Shown in pieces: positions 18,238 through 27,437 of a stretch of DNA of 43,378 nt. Source of the stretch: a virus. Position 1 is the first letter of the stretch. Each line of letters opens with the position of its first letter. The notes below the pieces were generated by a model. The model searched no databases. It saw only the letters and a program-made list of their open reading frames with translations, and had not been told where the DNA came from. The position numbers were made by a program, and so were the translations under genes. The DNA lies in IMG/VR virus record IMGVR_UViG_3300021090_000005; one strand, given 5' to 3'.

Positions 18238-21200
18238 TGTCAGTTGAAACTGATTTTGCTATTAGTAATGAAGATACTGGTACTAATATATTCTCTGACC
18301 ATCCATCATATCTTATTGCTGCTGATGCACATACTGTTGGTAATGACCAAGGTAGTATGCTTGACCCAACTACATGGTTAGATAAGGGGTCAAATGTTGT
18401 AGCATTTACATTAAGCGCAGGTGCTAGAGCAGTTACTTCTGCATACAATATAGTACCTGAAATTGGTAATTTCTTTGGTGGAGAGTTTGAACAATCCAAA
18501 TTAGATACAGAACAAATACTTCGTAGTTTTGATGATAACCTTGGTAACTACTACACAGAACATAAAACTGGTGTAGATATAGTTGGTGATATAGTAGGTA
18601 GTTTTGTTCCTGGGATGGCTGGAATTAAAATACTTAATTGGGGACAACGAGCTTTAAAATTAGTTCCTGAAGGTAACTTTGGATACAGTATTGCTAAATC
18701 TCTTGGTACTTTACCAGATAAAAGTGCTGAATATGCAGCAAGAGCAGCAGTATCTATGTCTCAAGATGCTGGTACTTATACTTGGGTTAATGCTAATATG
18801 ATGAAATCTGTTGCTGCTGGCTATGCGCAAAATGCACTAGAATTTGGTATATTTGAAGTAGCAGCTGCTAGCACTATGCGAGATTCTCCACTATTTCGTG
18901 ATGAAACAGCTGGAGATATTATGTATAATGCAATACTTGGTGGTGGTTTTATTGGTGCAGGAGTTATTGGAACTGCTGCTGCTATTAAAACTTACGGAGG
19001 TATTAAAAAGGCTTTAATTGAGACGGATATAGCATTATATCCTTCTAAAGCTACTAAGTTTGCAACAGAAGCTACTGAACCTTCGGATAAAGTTATTGTG
19101 GCGCAACATAATATTGAAGCACTGCCAATACTACTTAAAGATGATCCCTTGTATACTACTAAATTATCACAACAACAAAAAACTATAAGAGTTATCAATA
19201 ATGAAGTTCGTACTAATATTCGTACTATGAGTACTGATGATGAACTTGGTAATATACTAGCAGATAATATTCAAGGAGTAAAGGCTAAAGTAGTATTACA
19301 AAATATGCTTGGGGCTAAAGAAGTTGTGCGTGCAGGAGAAAATACTGCTGCAGAAATTGCTGCTAATAAAGCAGCCAAAGAAGTAATTAAAGCAGGAACT
19401 AAAGATGTATTAGCTAAAGGAATATTATTTAAACCTAACGCATCTCGTGCTGCTGCTAGAGATTTGCAAGCACAAACTGACTCTACTGTAGATTCTATAC
19501 TTAATCCAACATTACGCTATCTTAAACTATCTGGAGAAGATGCAGGAGTAATGTTTTCTAAAGCACCGCCTGTATTATATCTTGGAGATACAGAACACTC
19601 TGCAGAAGGTGTTACTAAAGCAATTAAATCTTATAATTTTTCTGCCACTAAACCTTGGAATATATTAGCAGAATCAGTTAATCATACTGAAACTGAGGCT
19701 AGAACTATCTGGATACAGAAATTAAAAGAATTACCTGCTACTGATAAACTAATAGTAGACAAAAATGATATACCATTGTTAGAACGGCTGTATCAAGATA
19801 AAATATCTACTGTAGTATTAACAGATGGCACTACTATTAATGGTAGTAGTGATTTATTAAAGCATATTACAGAAACTAAAAATAGAGTAGCTTGGATACT
19901 TAAAACTTCTGATGAACTTTCTGTAACTAAAAAAACTATTCCTAGAAGTACAACAGAAATTGCTAAGTTTGTAAATGTTCGTACTTCTTATCTTGAGGGC
20001 GCAGTTGATACTAAAAATCCTGCTGCTGATTTATTTGCAATGCAATCTGCTAGTGTACAAGCAACTATACTTGCTAAAACTAAAGAACTTACTTATAACC
20101 CTGAAGCAATTATAGATACATTAACTCAACCACGCTATGCTAAGATTTCATACGATGCTGAAAAGATTTCTGCACAGGGAGTTAGTTCTGTTAGTGACCG
20201 TCTCATTGATGGTGTGACATATATAAAACAACTTCACGCAATTAATCAAGTGACTTCTGATATTGTATTCTCTAACTATGTTCGTGATAAATTACCTTTG
20301 TTTGTTACGGAAGTTCCTGAGCGTTTGCTTGCTCTAGCTAATCGTTTCGGTGCAGGAGCTAAAGGACTAGCTGCTGCTAGTGCAAGTTATGATTCTCTTG
20401 GTGCTACGATGGAATACATAGGTAAAGGCACTGCTACATTAAAACGTGCTGCTATCCAAACAGTAGATGACACATTCTCAGGGCATTTTTATAAGTTTTC
20501 TAATGATAGCAGACTGGGACTTGAGTTAAGTACTCTACGCCAACAAATGCTATCTACCCCTGAAAAGTATATATTACGAGAATCTGAAACTGGCGGGTGG
20601 GAGGTAATTGCTCGTAAATTAGCAGAGTGGGAAGAAACTGGTGCTGAAGGTACTGAACCTATAGTAGATGCAGCAGTTAAATCTATTATAACTGTATCAG
20701 ATGATATGGCAGCATTTCTTAAAGATTGGGTAGCTCACAATGATATTATGTTAAATCATAAAGGAGCATTACTTAATGCGAAAGGAAAACAAATTCGTGA
20801 TTTAACTGGTAACATTTATTTTCCTCAGCCTAATCCTAAAGACTACAAACATTTTGCAATGATAATAGACCCAACAGTTAGTGGCACTGGTCATAAGAGT
20901 CTTATTACTGGTGCTACTGAGGAAGCCGTACAACAACAAGCAAAGAAAGTTGCACAAAACTATCCTGAACTTAAAATACTATTTAAAAAAGAATTAGAGG
21001 AAAATAAACTTGCAATAGGTAGTTACGATTTTAATCAAAGTATCCATGAGAATTATATTGATATTGCTAAACAACGTAGTGGTGTAGCTCCATTCTTTCC
21101 TAATATGAATGCTTCTGATTTAACTGCCCAACTAAGAGAGTGGAGAACTAGTGTAGATGTAAATTTAACAAGAGATATGGTAGCATTAAAGTATGAACGA

Positions 21201-23174
21201 GCATTTACTGAATTACAACGTATGGGTAAACAAACTACTCTTGAAAGTACATCACAGTTTAATATTGCATCTATTCGTAAATACGCAGAAAATACAATAT
21301 TAGACCCGTATAACAATTATGTAAAAACTGCCCTAGATATATCTAAGAGTAGTGAGTATAAACTATGGCAAGGTGCAAATGACTTAGCTGAAAATGCTAT
21401 TGGCGGTTTAATGGCTAGAATTCACGGACTCTGGGATAAAGTTGCTACTCCTAAAGATTTAGAAACAGTTAATACTGCTTTAAAAGAAGCTGGTATTAAT
21501 ACTCAATTTGAAGATGCTATGACTCTTGCTTATGCTGGACATTCTGCACCCAAACCATATCTTAGTAATTTTATTCGTGGTGCTAATAGTGTACTTAGTA
21601 CTTTAATGCTGCGAGCAGACCCAGGTAATGCTATGAATAATGGTATCGGCAGTATTGTACTTACTGGTGCAGAAACTAAAGATTTACTTGCAAAAATAGC
21701 AACTGGAGATGTAACTACTGTAGGTAGGCTTGCTGAAATTGCTAAAGTAAAATTACCTGGTACTGGAGATTCATACTACAGTACTACTAAACTTATAGCA
21801 GGAGCATACAAAGATTGGTGGAAAGCTATTGGTGGTGGTGAGTCTGAGATTGCTTTAAAAACTTTTTATAAGGAGCAAGGTTGGAGTACTAACTTATATG
21901 AACAGTTTAAAAATATTGCTGATACAATGTCTTTAGAAGGCAATGAAACAGCTGAACAATTACATTCTAAACTACTTGCAGGCCTTAAAAATACTGGTGA
22001 TTTTTTATCTAAATATTCTGGCAATAATTTTGCAGAGGAGATGAATAGATTTGTATCTAGTAATATTGCTCAAAAGATTTCACAAGTAGGAGTTGATGCA
22101 AAAATATTAACACTAGATGATCAAAAAGTATTTATTAATTCCTTTGTTAATCGTACACAAGGTAATTATCTTGCATCACAAAGACCTATAGCATTTCAAG
22201 GACCAATAGGACAAGCAATAGGTCTATTTCAAACATACCAGTTTAATATGATGCAACACATATTCCGCAGAGTTGCAGAAGGAAATAATAAGAATCTTGC
22301 AATACTTATGGGATTACAAGGTACTATTTATGGTATCAATGGTTTGCCTGCTGTTAATGCTATTAATGATCATTTAATTGGTAATGCTGCTGGTAATGTA
22401 GGACACAGAGATTTATTTTCCACTGTTGGAGATGTTACTGGTAAAGATACTGCTGATTGGTTAATGTATGGATTTGCTAGTAATTTCTTATTGCATCCAG
22501 ACTTAAAAATGAATTTGTATTCTCGTGGTGATATTAACCCAAGACAAGTAACTGTAATACCTACACAATTACAAGATATTCCTATAATATCTGCTTCTGC
22601 TACATTATTTACAGCTCTTAAAAATAGTACTGAACGCATAGCAAAAGGTGGTGATGTATATAGTAATATCTTACAAGGATTTGAACATGCCGGAGTCAAC
22701 CGTCCACTTGCAGGATTAGCTACAGTACTTGAAGGTGCTGGTACTGGTAAGAGTTATAGTACTACAGTTCAAGGACAACTTGTTATGTCTACTGATATTT
22801 TAAGTCTTGCTAACTTATCTAGAATAGTTGGAGCTAAACCACTTGATGAAGCTATTGCTCGTGATGCTATGTATCGAGTCAAAGTGTATGCTGCTGACCG
22901 GCAAAAACAAATTAATACTATTGGTGCAGCTATTAAAAGTAAGATATTGGCAGGAGATACTCCTACAACTGAAGAACTTAATAATTTTTTACAAGAGTAT
23001 GTCAAAGCTGGAGGCAGTCAGAATAATTTTAATAAGTTTATAGGTAGAATTGCTGTTACTGCTAAAACATCACAAGTAAATAAAATAGCACAGAATCTAA
23101 ATAATCCTTTTAGTCAGTATATGCAACGAGTGATGGGCGGCTACGAATTAGAAGATATGACTAATGCACCATAG
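18237..23174 (+). CDS. Giant internal virion/ejection protein (1645 aa)
   Basis: A single uninterrupted 4.9-kb ORF, in the position and size class of podovirus internal core proteins. I could read no catalytic motif. Confidence 0.85.
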   Translation: MSVETDFAISNEDTGTNIFSDHPSYLIAADAHTVGNDQGSMLDPTTWLDKGSNVVAFTLSAGARAVTSAYNIVPEIGNFFGGEFEQSKLDTEQILRSFDDNLGNYYTEHKTGVDIVGDIVGSFVPGMAGIKILNWGQRALKLVPEGNFGYSIAKSLGTLPDKSAEYAARAAVSMSQDAGTYTWVNANMMKSVAAGYAQNALEFGIFEVAAASTMRDSPLFRDETAGDIMYNAILGGGFIGAGVIGTAAAIKTYGGIKKALIETDIALYPSKATKFATEATEPSDKVIVAQHNIEALPILLKDDPLYTTKLSQQQKTIRVINNEVRTNIRTMSTDDELGNILADNIQGVKAKVVLQNMLGAKEVVRAGENTAAEIAANKAAKEVIKAGTKDVLAKGILFKPNASRAAARDLQAQTDSTVDSILNPTLRYLKLSGEDAGVMFSKAPPVLYLGDTEHSAEGVTKAIKSYNFSATKPWNILAESVNHTETEARTIWIQKLKELPATDKLIVDKNDIPLLERLYQDKISTVVLTDGTTINGSSDLLKHITETKNRVAWILKTSDELSVTKKTIPRSTTEIAKFVNVRTSYLEGAVDTKNPAADLFAMQSASVQATILAKTKELTYNPEAIIDTLTQPRYAKISYDAEKISAQGVSSVSDRLIDGVTYIKQLHAINQVTSDIVFSNYVRDKLPLFVTEVPERLLALANRFGAGAKGLAAASASYDSLGATMEYIGKGTATLKRAAIQTVDDTFSGHFYKFSNDSRLGLELSTLRQQMLSTPEKYILRESETGGWEVIARKLAEWEETGAEGTEPIVDAAVKSIITVSDDMAAFLKDWVAHNDIMLNHKGALLNAKGKQIRDLTGNIYFPQPNPKDYKHFAMIIDPTVSGTGHKSLITGATEEAVQQQAKKVAQNYPELKILFKKELEENKLAIGSYDFNQSIHENYIDIAKQRSGVAPFFPNMNASDLTAQLREWRTSVDVNLTRDMVALKYERAFTELQRMGKQTTLESTSQFNIASIRKYAENTILDPYNNYVKTALDISKSSEYKLWQGANDLAENAIGGLMARIHGLWDKVATPKDLETVNTALKEAGINTQFEDAMTLAYAGHSAPKPYLSNFIRGANSVLSTLMLRADPGNAMNNGIGSIVLTGAETKDLLAKIATGDVTTVGRLAEIAKVKLPGTGDSYYSTTKLIAGAYKDWWKAIGGGESEIALKTFYKEQGWSTNLYEQFKNIADTMSLEGNETAEQLHSKLLAGLKNTGDFLSKYSGNNFAEEMNRFVSSNIAQKISQVGVDAKILTLDDQKVFINSFVNRTQGNYLASQRPIAFQGPIGQAIGLFQTYQFNMMQHIFRRVAEGNNKNLAILMGLQGTIYGINGLPAVNAINDHLIGNAAGNVGHRDLFSTVGDVTGKDTADWLMYGFASNFLLHPDLKMNLYSRGDINPRQVTVIPTQLQDIPIISASATLFTALKNSTERIAKGGDVYSNILQGFEHAGVNRPLAGLATVLEGAGTGKSYSTTVQGQLVMSTDILSLANLSRIVGAKPLDEAIARDAMYRVKVYAADRQKQINTIGAAIKSKILAGDTPTTEELNNFLQEYVKAGGSQNNFNKFIGRIAVTAKTSQVNKIAQNLNNPFSQYMQRVMGGYELEDMTNAP

Positions 23175-23208
23175 TATATTGTAATATTATTTTTTAAGGA
23201 GAACTATT

Positions 23209-23631
23209 ATGTCAGTAGCTGCTGTTAAGTTTCAAGATTTTGTAGAACAACTCGGACTTAAACAACACAATCTTAATACAGAAACATTCAGAATCGCTCT
23301 TAGCAATACTGCTCCAGTAAATACGCAGACTGTATTTGCTCCGGGTACTAATCACCCTCCGCCAGCTGCGGCTAATGGTTATACTACTGGAGGGCACGAT
23401 ATTACTAATGTGTGGTCTGAAACTACTGGTACTGCTACTCTTAATGGTACCGATGTTACAATTACTGCTACTGCTGGTGGTATTGGGCCATTCAGATATA
23501 TCATACTGTATAATGATGATAATGCTACTGATATGCTATGTCTGTACTATGATCACGGTTCGAGCATTACACTCAATGATGGTGAAAGTTATGTATTTGA
23601 TATTCTTACTAATTTGTTTACACTAGCATAA
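23209..23631 (+). CDS. Hypothetical virion protein
   Basis: A 140-aa ORF with RBS AAGGAG. Confidence 0.8.
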   Translation: MSVAAVKFQDFVEQLGLKQHNLNTETFRIALSNTAPVNTQTVFAPGTNHPPPAAANGYTTGGHDITNVWSETTGTATLNGTDVTITATAGGIGPFRYIILYNDDNATDMLCLYYDHGSSITLNDGESYVFDILTNLFTLA

Positions 23632-23642
23632 GGAGAATTACA

Positions 23643-23924
23643 ATGACAGCAATACACAACAGAGATAAGTATCCTGCTATCTGGGCAGAAAAAGAAGCTG
23701 CTGAAACTGAGTTAGCTACTCTTATGGCAGCACGTAAGATTCACACAGATGCTATTGGAAAACTTAATAAAGAGTTAGTAACAATTACTGCACCTTACAC
23801 AGAAAAAATAGAACAATTAAATGTACTTGCTATGAGTAATTATGAAGAGATTAAAGAATTAAGTAGTAAAATTGCTCGATGCGCTATTGCAATGGGCGCA
23901 GTTATTGCTAGTCGCGGAGGTTAA
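23643..23924 (+). CDS. Hypothetical coiled-coil protein. Its last ~50 nt are GC-rich and mark the start of the compositional island.
   Basis: A 93-aa ORF with RBS AAGGAG. Confidence 0.75.
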   Translation: MTAIHNRDKYPAIWAEKEAAETELATLMAARKIHTDAIGKLNKELVTITAPYTEKIEQLNVLAMSNYEEIKELSSKIARCAIAMGAVIASRGG

Positions 23925-23926
23925 TC

Positions 23927-24265
23927 GTGGCACTCATCGAACGCTTGATGGCGATAGAATCTCCACGTATTCCTATTCATCAATTTCAGGCATTGCAAGC
24001 CGAGTGGGTACGCGGGAATATAACCTCAGCACAATGTCAGGATGCAATCATATTGCTGACAGGAACAGCCCTTGATTCGGCAGCGGCGGCGGAGGTTGTA
24101 GCATTAGTTGCAACGGTTCCGGTTGGGACTACATCGGCAATCAAAGCAGATCGTGCATTGAAACTATTGGATATAGATCAGGTATTGCTACTCGCCGAGC
24201 AGCATATTGTCCCCTATGATACTCCGGCAGCAGTAAGAATCCGGTTGGGACTTTCTCAGATTTAA
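23927..24265 (+). CDS. Hypothetical protein encoded entirely within the GC-rich island (GTG start)
   Basis: A 112-aa ORF with GGAGG 7 nt upstream of the GTG. It uses CCG and CGG codons, unlike the rest of the genome. Confidence 0.75.
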   Translation: MALIERLMAIESPRIPIHQFQALQAEWVRGNITSAQCQDAIILLTGTALDSAAAAEVVALVATVPVGTTSAIKADRALKLLDIDQVLLLAEQHIVPYDTPAAVRIRLGLSQI

Positions 24266-24273
24266 AGGAAAAT

Positions 24274-26286
24274 ATGTCCCTCAGCTATGCACACGGGGCG
24301 ATACAGTGGCTTGCAGGTGACGCATTAAACACTACCTACACTGTCAATGGACTATCGTTCCAGCCTAAAGCATTAAGATTCTCTACTAATGGCTTGCAGA
24401 ATGCCGCAGATGCAGTATCTTCAACTGTCTCCGGTGCACGAAGTATCGGATTTGCGGTAAGTACTAGTTCTCGTCGTTCCGTTGCAACCTACGATAATTT
24501 CAACTCTGCATCCTCAGATTGCGGCTCTATCGCCAACGATGATTGCGTTATCGCTACTGTCTGGGGTAACGGTTCACGTGAAGGTGCTGTAGATTTAAAT
24601 TCCATTACAAGTGATGGCTTCGTCCTGATTGTCGATAATCAAGGAGTCCAAAATACTACTATATTCTGGGAGGCTTGGGGTGGTTCAGATATAACTGTTG
24701 CAGTAGTTGGAGACATTGCAGAACCGGCAGCTACAGGTAATCAGGATTATACTGTTACTGGATTCGCCGCAAGTGCGACTGACCAAGTAGTGATGTTTGC
24801 CGGGGTACAAAGTACCGCAGAATTAAACACAGGTAGTGCTACAGACAGCGGTTTGCATATTGGCTATGCCACCAGCGGAACAGCGGCAGATAATATAACT
24901 ATATGCGGCAATGCTGACGATGCATCGCCAACAATGGATACTAACGGTTATTGCAAAACTGGCGAATGTCTGTCGATGATTGTAGTGGCTGGTGGCAATC
25001 CTAATGCTACTGCACAACTTACCCAATTCGGTACAGATAATTTCAGACTCAACTGGACAGCGAGAGCACTGACCAATCGCAGAAATATCTTTCTGGCCAT
25101 CAAAGGTGGTAGTTGGACTGCTGGAAGTCTTACTATAGATGGAGCAACTTCTGGCGCAACGGCTACTATTAGTGGATTATCCTATACTCCAGTAGGTCTA
25201 TCTGTAATTGGCAGAACTTCAGTAGAATCAACTGCCGGAACCAGTGTTGCACAAGATAAAATGCTTTGGGGTTGCGGCACATCTACTACAGACCGCCGTT
25301 CGATGGGGTATTGGGATGAGAATAATACAGCCAATGTCGAGATTGATCTTGTAATTCAATATGACCAGATACTTAGTTGTCCAACTGTTGGTGGCGCATT
25401 AGGGGCAATCAAAGATATTAGTACAATGAACTCGGATGGATTCACACTGATCTGTGATGATGCCGCCGGTGTTGCTAGTGAATGGATAGGGTATCTTACG
25501 TTTGGGAATGCAGTATCTAGTGGAGTTACAACTGAACAAGTTACTACTACTTCATTTGCTATTACACCAACTAATATAGGTTCTTTATATAAACACGTAT
25601 CACAAATAGCAACAGTGGCTTTTGCAATCACTACAGCTACTATTAGTAGTTTACATAATTATAAAACTACAGTAGACTCAAGTTCTTTTATTGTAACTCC
25701 GAGTGTAATTAGTTCTTTGCACCATAATAAAACACAGATTGAATCTGCATCATTTACTATTGCCCCGAATGTAATTAGTTCTTTACACAATTATAAAGAT
25801 ACAGTAGAATCTATTGTTTTTTCCCTTACTTCTAGTAATATAGATAGTATCTATTCTAGTGTAAAAACATCACAAACAGAATCAGCAGTATTTTTAGTTA
25901 CTCCAAATGTAATTAGTTCTTTGTACGATAAAGTAAGTAAAATTGATACAGGTATATATGCTGTTACTCCATCAGTTGTAGGGTCTGCTAAAAGTTTTGT
26001 AGGACAAATTGATACAGCTACATACACAATTACTCCAAGTAGTGTTGAAGATAGATACAATCATAAAGATAGTATACTTACTACTTCTTATCTTATCACC
26101 CCAAGTAGTGTAAATAGTATAGTTCCTATAAGTATAATATATAGTTTAGAACAACTAATTACAATAAAGGCAGAAAGTAGAGGATATATAGTATTAGCAG
26201 AGTCAAAAGATATAAGTATGGAGACGGAATATCGAGGTTATATTGTAGAAGCTGAACAGCGTTCCTATGTCGTGGAGGTAATATGA
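24274..26286 (+). CDS. Mosaic distal tail fibre / receptor-binding protein candidate (670 aa)
   Basis: Three ~135-aa internal domain repeats (aa 1-411, GC-rich DNA) are followed by nine 22-aa tandem repeats (aa ~424-622, AT-rich DNA). Short [ES]-[RY]-R-G-Y-I-V-x-AE repeats close the C-terminus. Confidence 0.8.
   Translation: MSLSYAHGAIQWLAGDALNTTYTVNGLSFQPKALRFSTNGLQNAADAVSSTVSGARSIGFAVSTSSRRSVATYDNFNSASSDCGSIANDDCVIATVWGNGSREGAVDLNSITSDGFVLIVDNQGVQNTTIFWEAWGGSDITVAVVGDIAEPAATGNQDYTVTGFAASATDQVVMFAGVQSTAELNTGSATDSGLHIGYATSGTAADNITICGNADDASPTMDTNGYCKTGECLSMIVVAGGNPNATAQLTQFGTDNFRLNWTARALTNRRNIFLAIKGGSWTAGSLTIDGATSGATATISGLSYTPVGLSVIGRTSVESTAGTSVAQDKMLWGCGTSTTDRRSMGYWDENNTANVEIDLVIQYDQILSCPTVGGALGAIKDISTMNSDGFTLICDDAAGVASEWIGYLTFGNAVSSGVTTEQVTTTSFAITPTNIGSLYKHVSQIATVAFAITTATISSLHNYKTTVDSSSFIVTPSVISSLHHNKTQIESASFTIAPNVISSLHNYKDTVESIVFSLTSSNIDSIYSSVKTSQTESAVFLVTPNVISSLYDKVSKIDTGIYAVTPSVVGSAKSFVGQIDTATYTITPSSVEDRYNHKDSILTTSYLITPSSVNSIVPISIIYSLEQLITIKAESRGYIVLAESKDISMETEYRGYIVEAEQRSYVVEVI
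25543..26139 (+). repeat. Nine tandem ~66-bp (22-codon) repeats inside the fibre gene
   Basis: The aromatic residue of the [FY]-x-[IV]-[TA]-P core sits at aa 428, 450, 472, 494, 516, 540, 562, 584 and 606. The consensus is xS[FY]x[IV]TP[SN]VISSL[HY]xxKxx[IV][DE]. Confidence 0.9.
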
Positions 26287-26585
26287 GTTTCTGGAATGAA
26301 TCTAACCCTAAAAAACCAAAAGGTATAAAAGACCCAAACTCCGTAATAGATTATCCTATTAGTTTTGTTGCTTGGCTAGCCCAAGAAGGGACTACTTATG
26401 ATAGTCATGAAGTATTAGTGTCTGGAGGGCTTGTAGTAGATTCTAGTGTTGAAGTAGGTGGTGTAATTATACCTAGAATATCTGGTGGTACTCTAGGAGA
26501 ACTTGCAACATTTACAATAAGAATTACTACTACTAACGGTCTTGTTGAGGATAGAACATTTTTTTTAAAAGTAGAAGAGCGATAG
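26283..26585 (+). CDS. Hypothetical protein, last gene of the plus-strand arm
   Basis: A 100-aa ORF overlapping the fibre gene stop (ATATGA). Confidence 0.75.
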   Translation: MSFWNESNPKKPKGIKDPNSVIDYPISFVAWLAQEGTTYDSHEVLVSGGLVVDSSVEVGGVIIPRISGGTLGELATFTIRITTTNGLVEDRTFFLKVEER

Positions 26586-26602
26586 TAGTAGTGTGTTATA
26601 TA

Positions 26603-26875
26603 TTAATGTACTTTTCCTTTCCCTAGATAAGTTTTTACAGCTTCATCCATTCCTCGTCTCTTTAGTTTCTGAAGGCAAGCAGAAGCTATCTTTTCAAAAT
26701 CTTCCGCAGTATATATTCCATCCAAGATTATTTCACAGTAAGTAGCTATTTCAGCTATACGAATTTCAAACTCAGTTACTGGGTGTTTTGCTAGAAGTAA
26801 TTGTAACTTAGGATGAAAAGATATTTCATCTTGTAATTGAAAATATACTTCACTAAAGAACTCAAGTTTTACCAT
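26603..26875 (-). CDS. Hypothetical protein
   Basis: A 90-aa ORF, last gene of the minus-strand arm. Confidence 0.7.
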   Translation of the reverse strand: MVKLEFFSEVYFQLQDEISFHPKLQLLLAKHPVTEFEIRIAEIATYCEIILDGIYTAEDFEKIASACLQKLKRRGMDEAVKTYLGKGKVH

Positions 26876-26876
26876 G

Positions 26877-27437
26877 TTATTCTCTCCTTCCCGATAAGTT
26901 ATTTAGTATCAACTCTGCATGATTAGCTTGATTAATCGCATCATCTAATGAGTTGTGTGCATGTCCAACTGGTGCAGGCTTTGCAGGTATTACTACTCTT
27001 GGCATACCTTTAAGAGTGCGATAACATCTGTTACCTCTAAAGTCCCAAGGTAATGTCATACGAAGTCTGTGATAATATGCTGCAAGTAATACATTATCAA
27101 AATCAGAACCATTACCCCATAGAAGTATATTGCCACCTAAATCTCTAAGATAGGCTGTAAAACACTGTAAGACATGCGCAGGAGAACTTAAACCACTAAA
27201 TGCTTCCTCTCGTACAGATTTATCTTGTTTATCCCACCAAGCTAATGTTTCTATCTCAGAAGTAAATCCAAGTACTAATGATTCATGGTATAGTATTTTT
27301 TCATAAAACTGAGTTCTTATATGCTGCCTAAAAGCATCTCCTGGAAAGAATGATGTAGCACCAATACTTAATATAGGTGCTCCAGGCTTAGTTCCAGCAG
27401 TTTCTAAATCAAGCATTACATTTACGGGCTCAAACAT
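26877..27437 (-). CDS. DEDDh 3'-5' exonuclease (Rv2179c-like/PF16473-type)
   Basis: VMLDLETAG (Exo I), ETLAWWDKQ, GNGSDFD (Exo II-like) and H-x4-D in HNSLDDA (Exo III). Confidence 0.75.
   Translation of the reverse strand: MFEPVNVMLDLETAGTKPGAPILSIGATSFFPGDAFRQHIRTQFYEKILYHESLVLGFTSEIETLAWWDKQDKSVREEAFSGLSSPAHVLQCFTAYLRDLGGNILLWGNGSDFDNVLLAAYYHRLRMTLPWDFRGNRCYRTLKGMPRVVIPAKPAPVGHAHNSLDDAINQANHAELILNNLSGRRE

Noticed and set aside
23870-25520. The GC-rich island as a non-phage insertion (IS element or contaminant)
   Set aside because: The reading frames run seamlessly across both boundaries, through the 3' end of CDS 23643..23924 and inside the fibre gene. There are no transposase genes or terminal inverted repeats. 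It fits homologous module exchange better, although a chimeric assembly still needs read-level exclusion.
3209-25631. Many antisense or alternative-frame track ORFs of 60-110 aa nested inside long genes, for example 3209..3499, 4918..5202, 7122..7406, 16352..16606, 22370..22699 and 25356..25631
   Set aside because: Each is fully embedded in a longer, motif-supported or operon-consistent ORF on the other strand or frame. They lack RBSs and have skewed, low-complexity composition.
25543-26139. Diversity-generating retroelement target in the fibre repeats
   Set aside because: There is no reverse transcriptase ORF and no template repeat elsewhere in the genome. The repeat differences are not adenine-specific as far as I can see.
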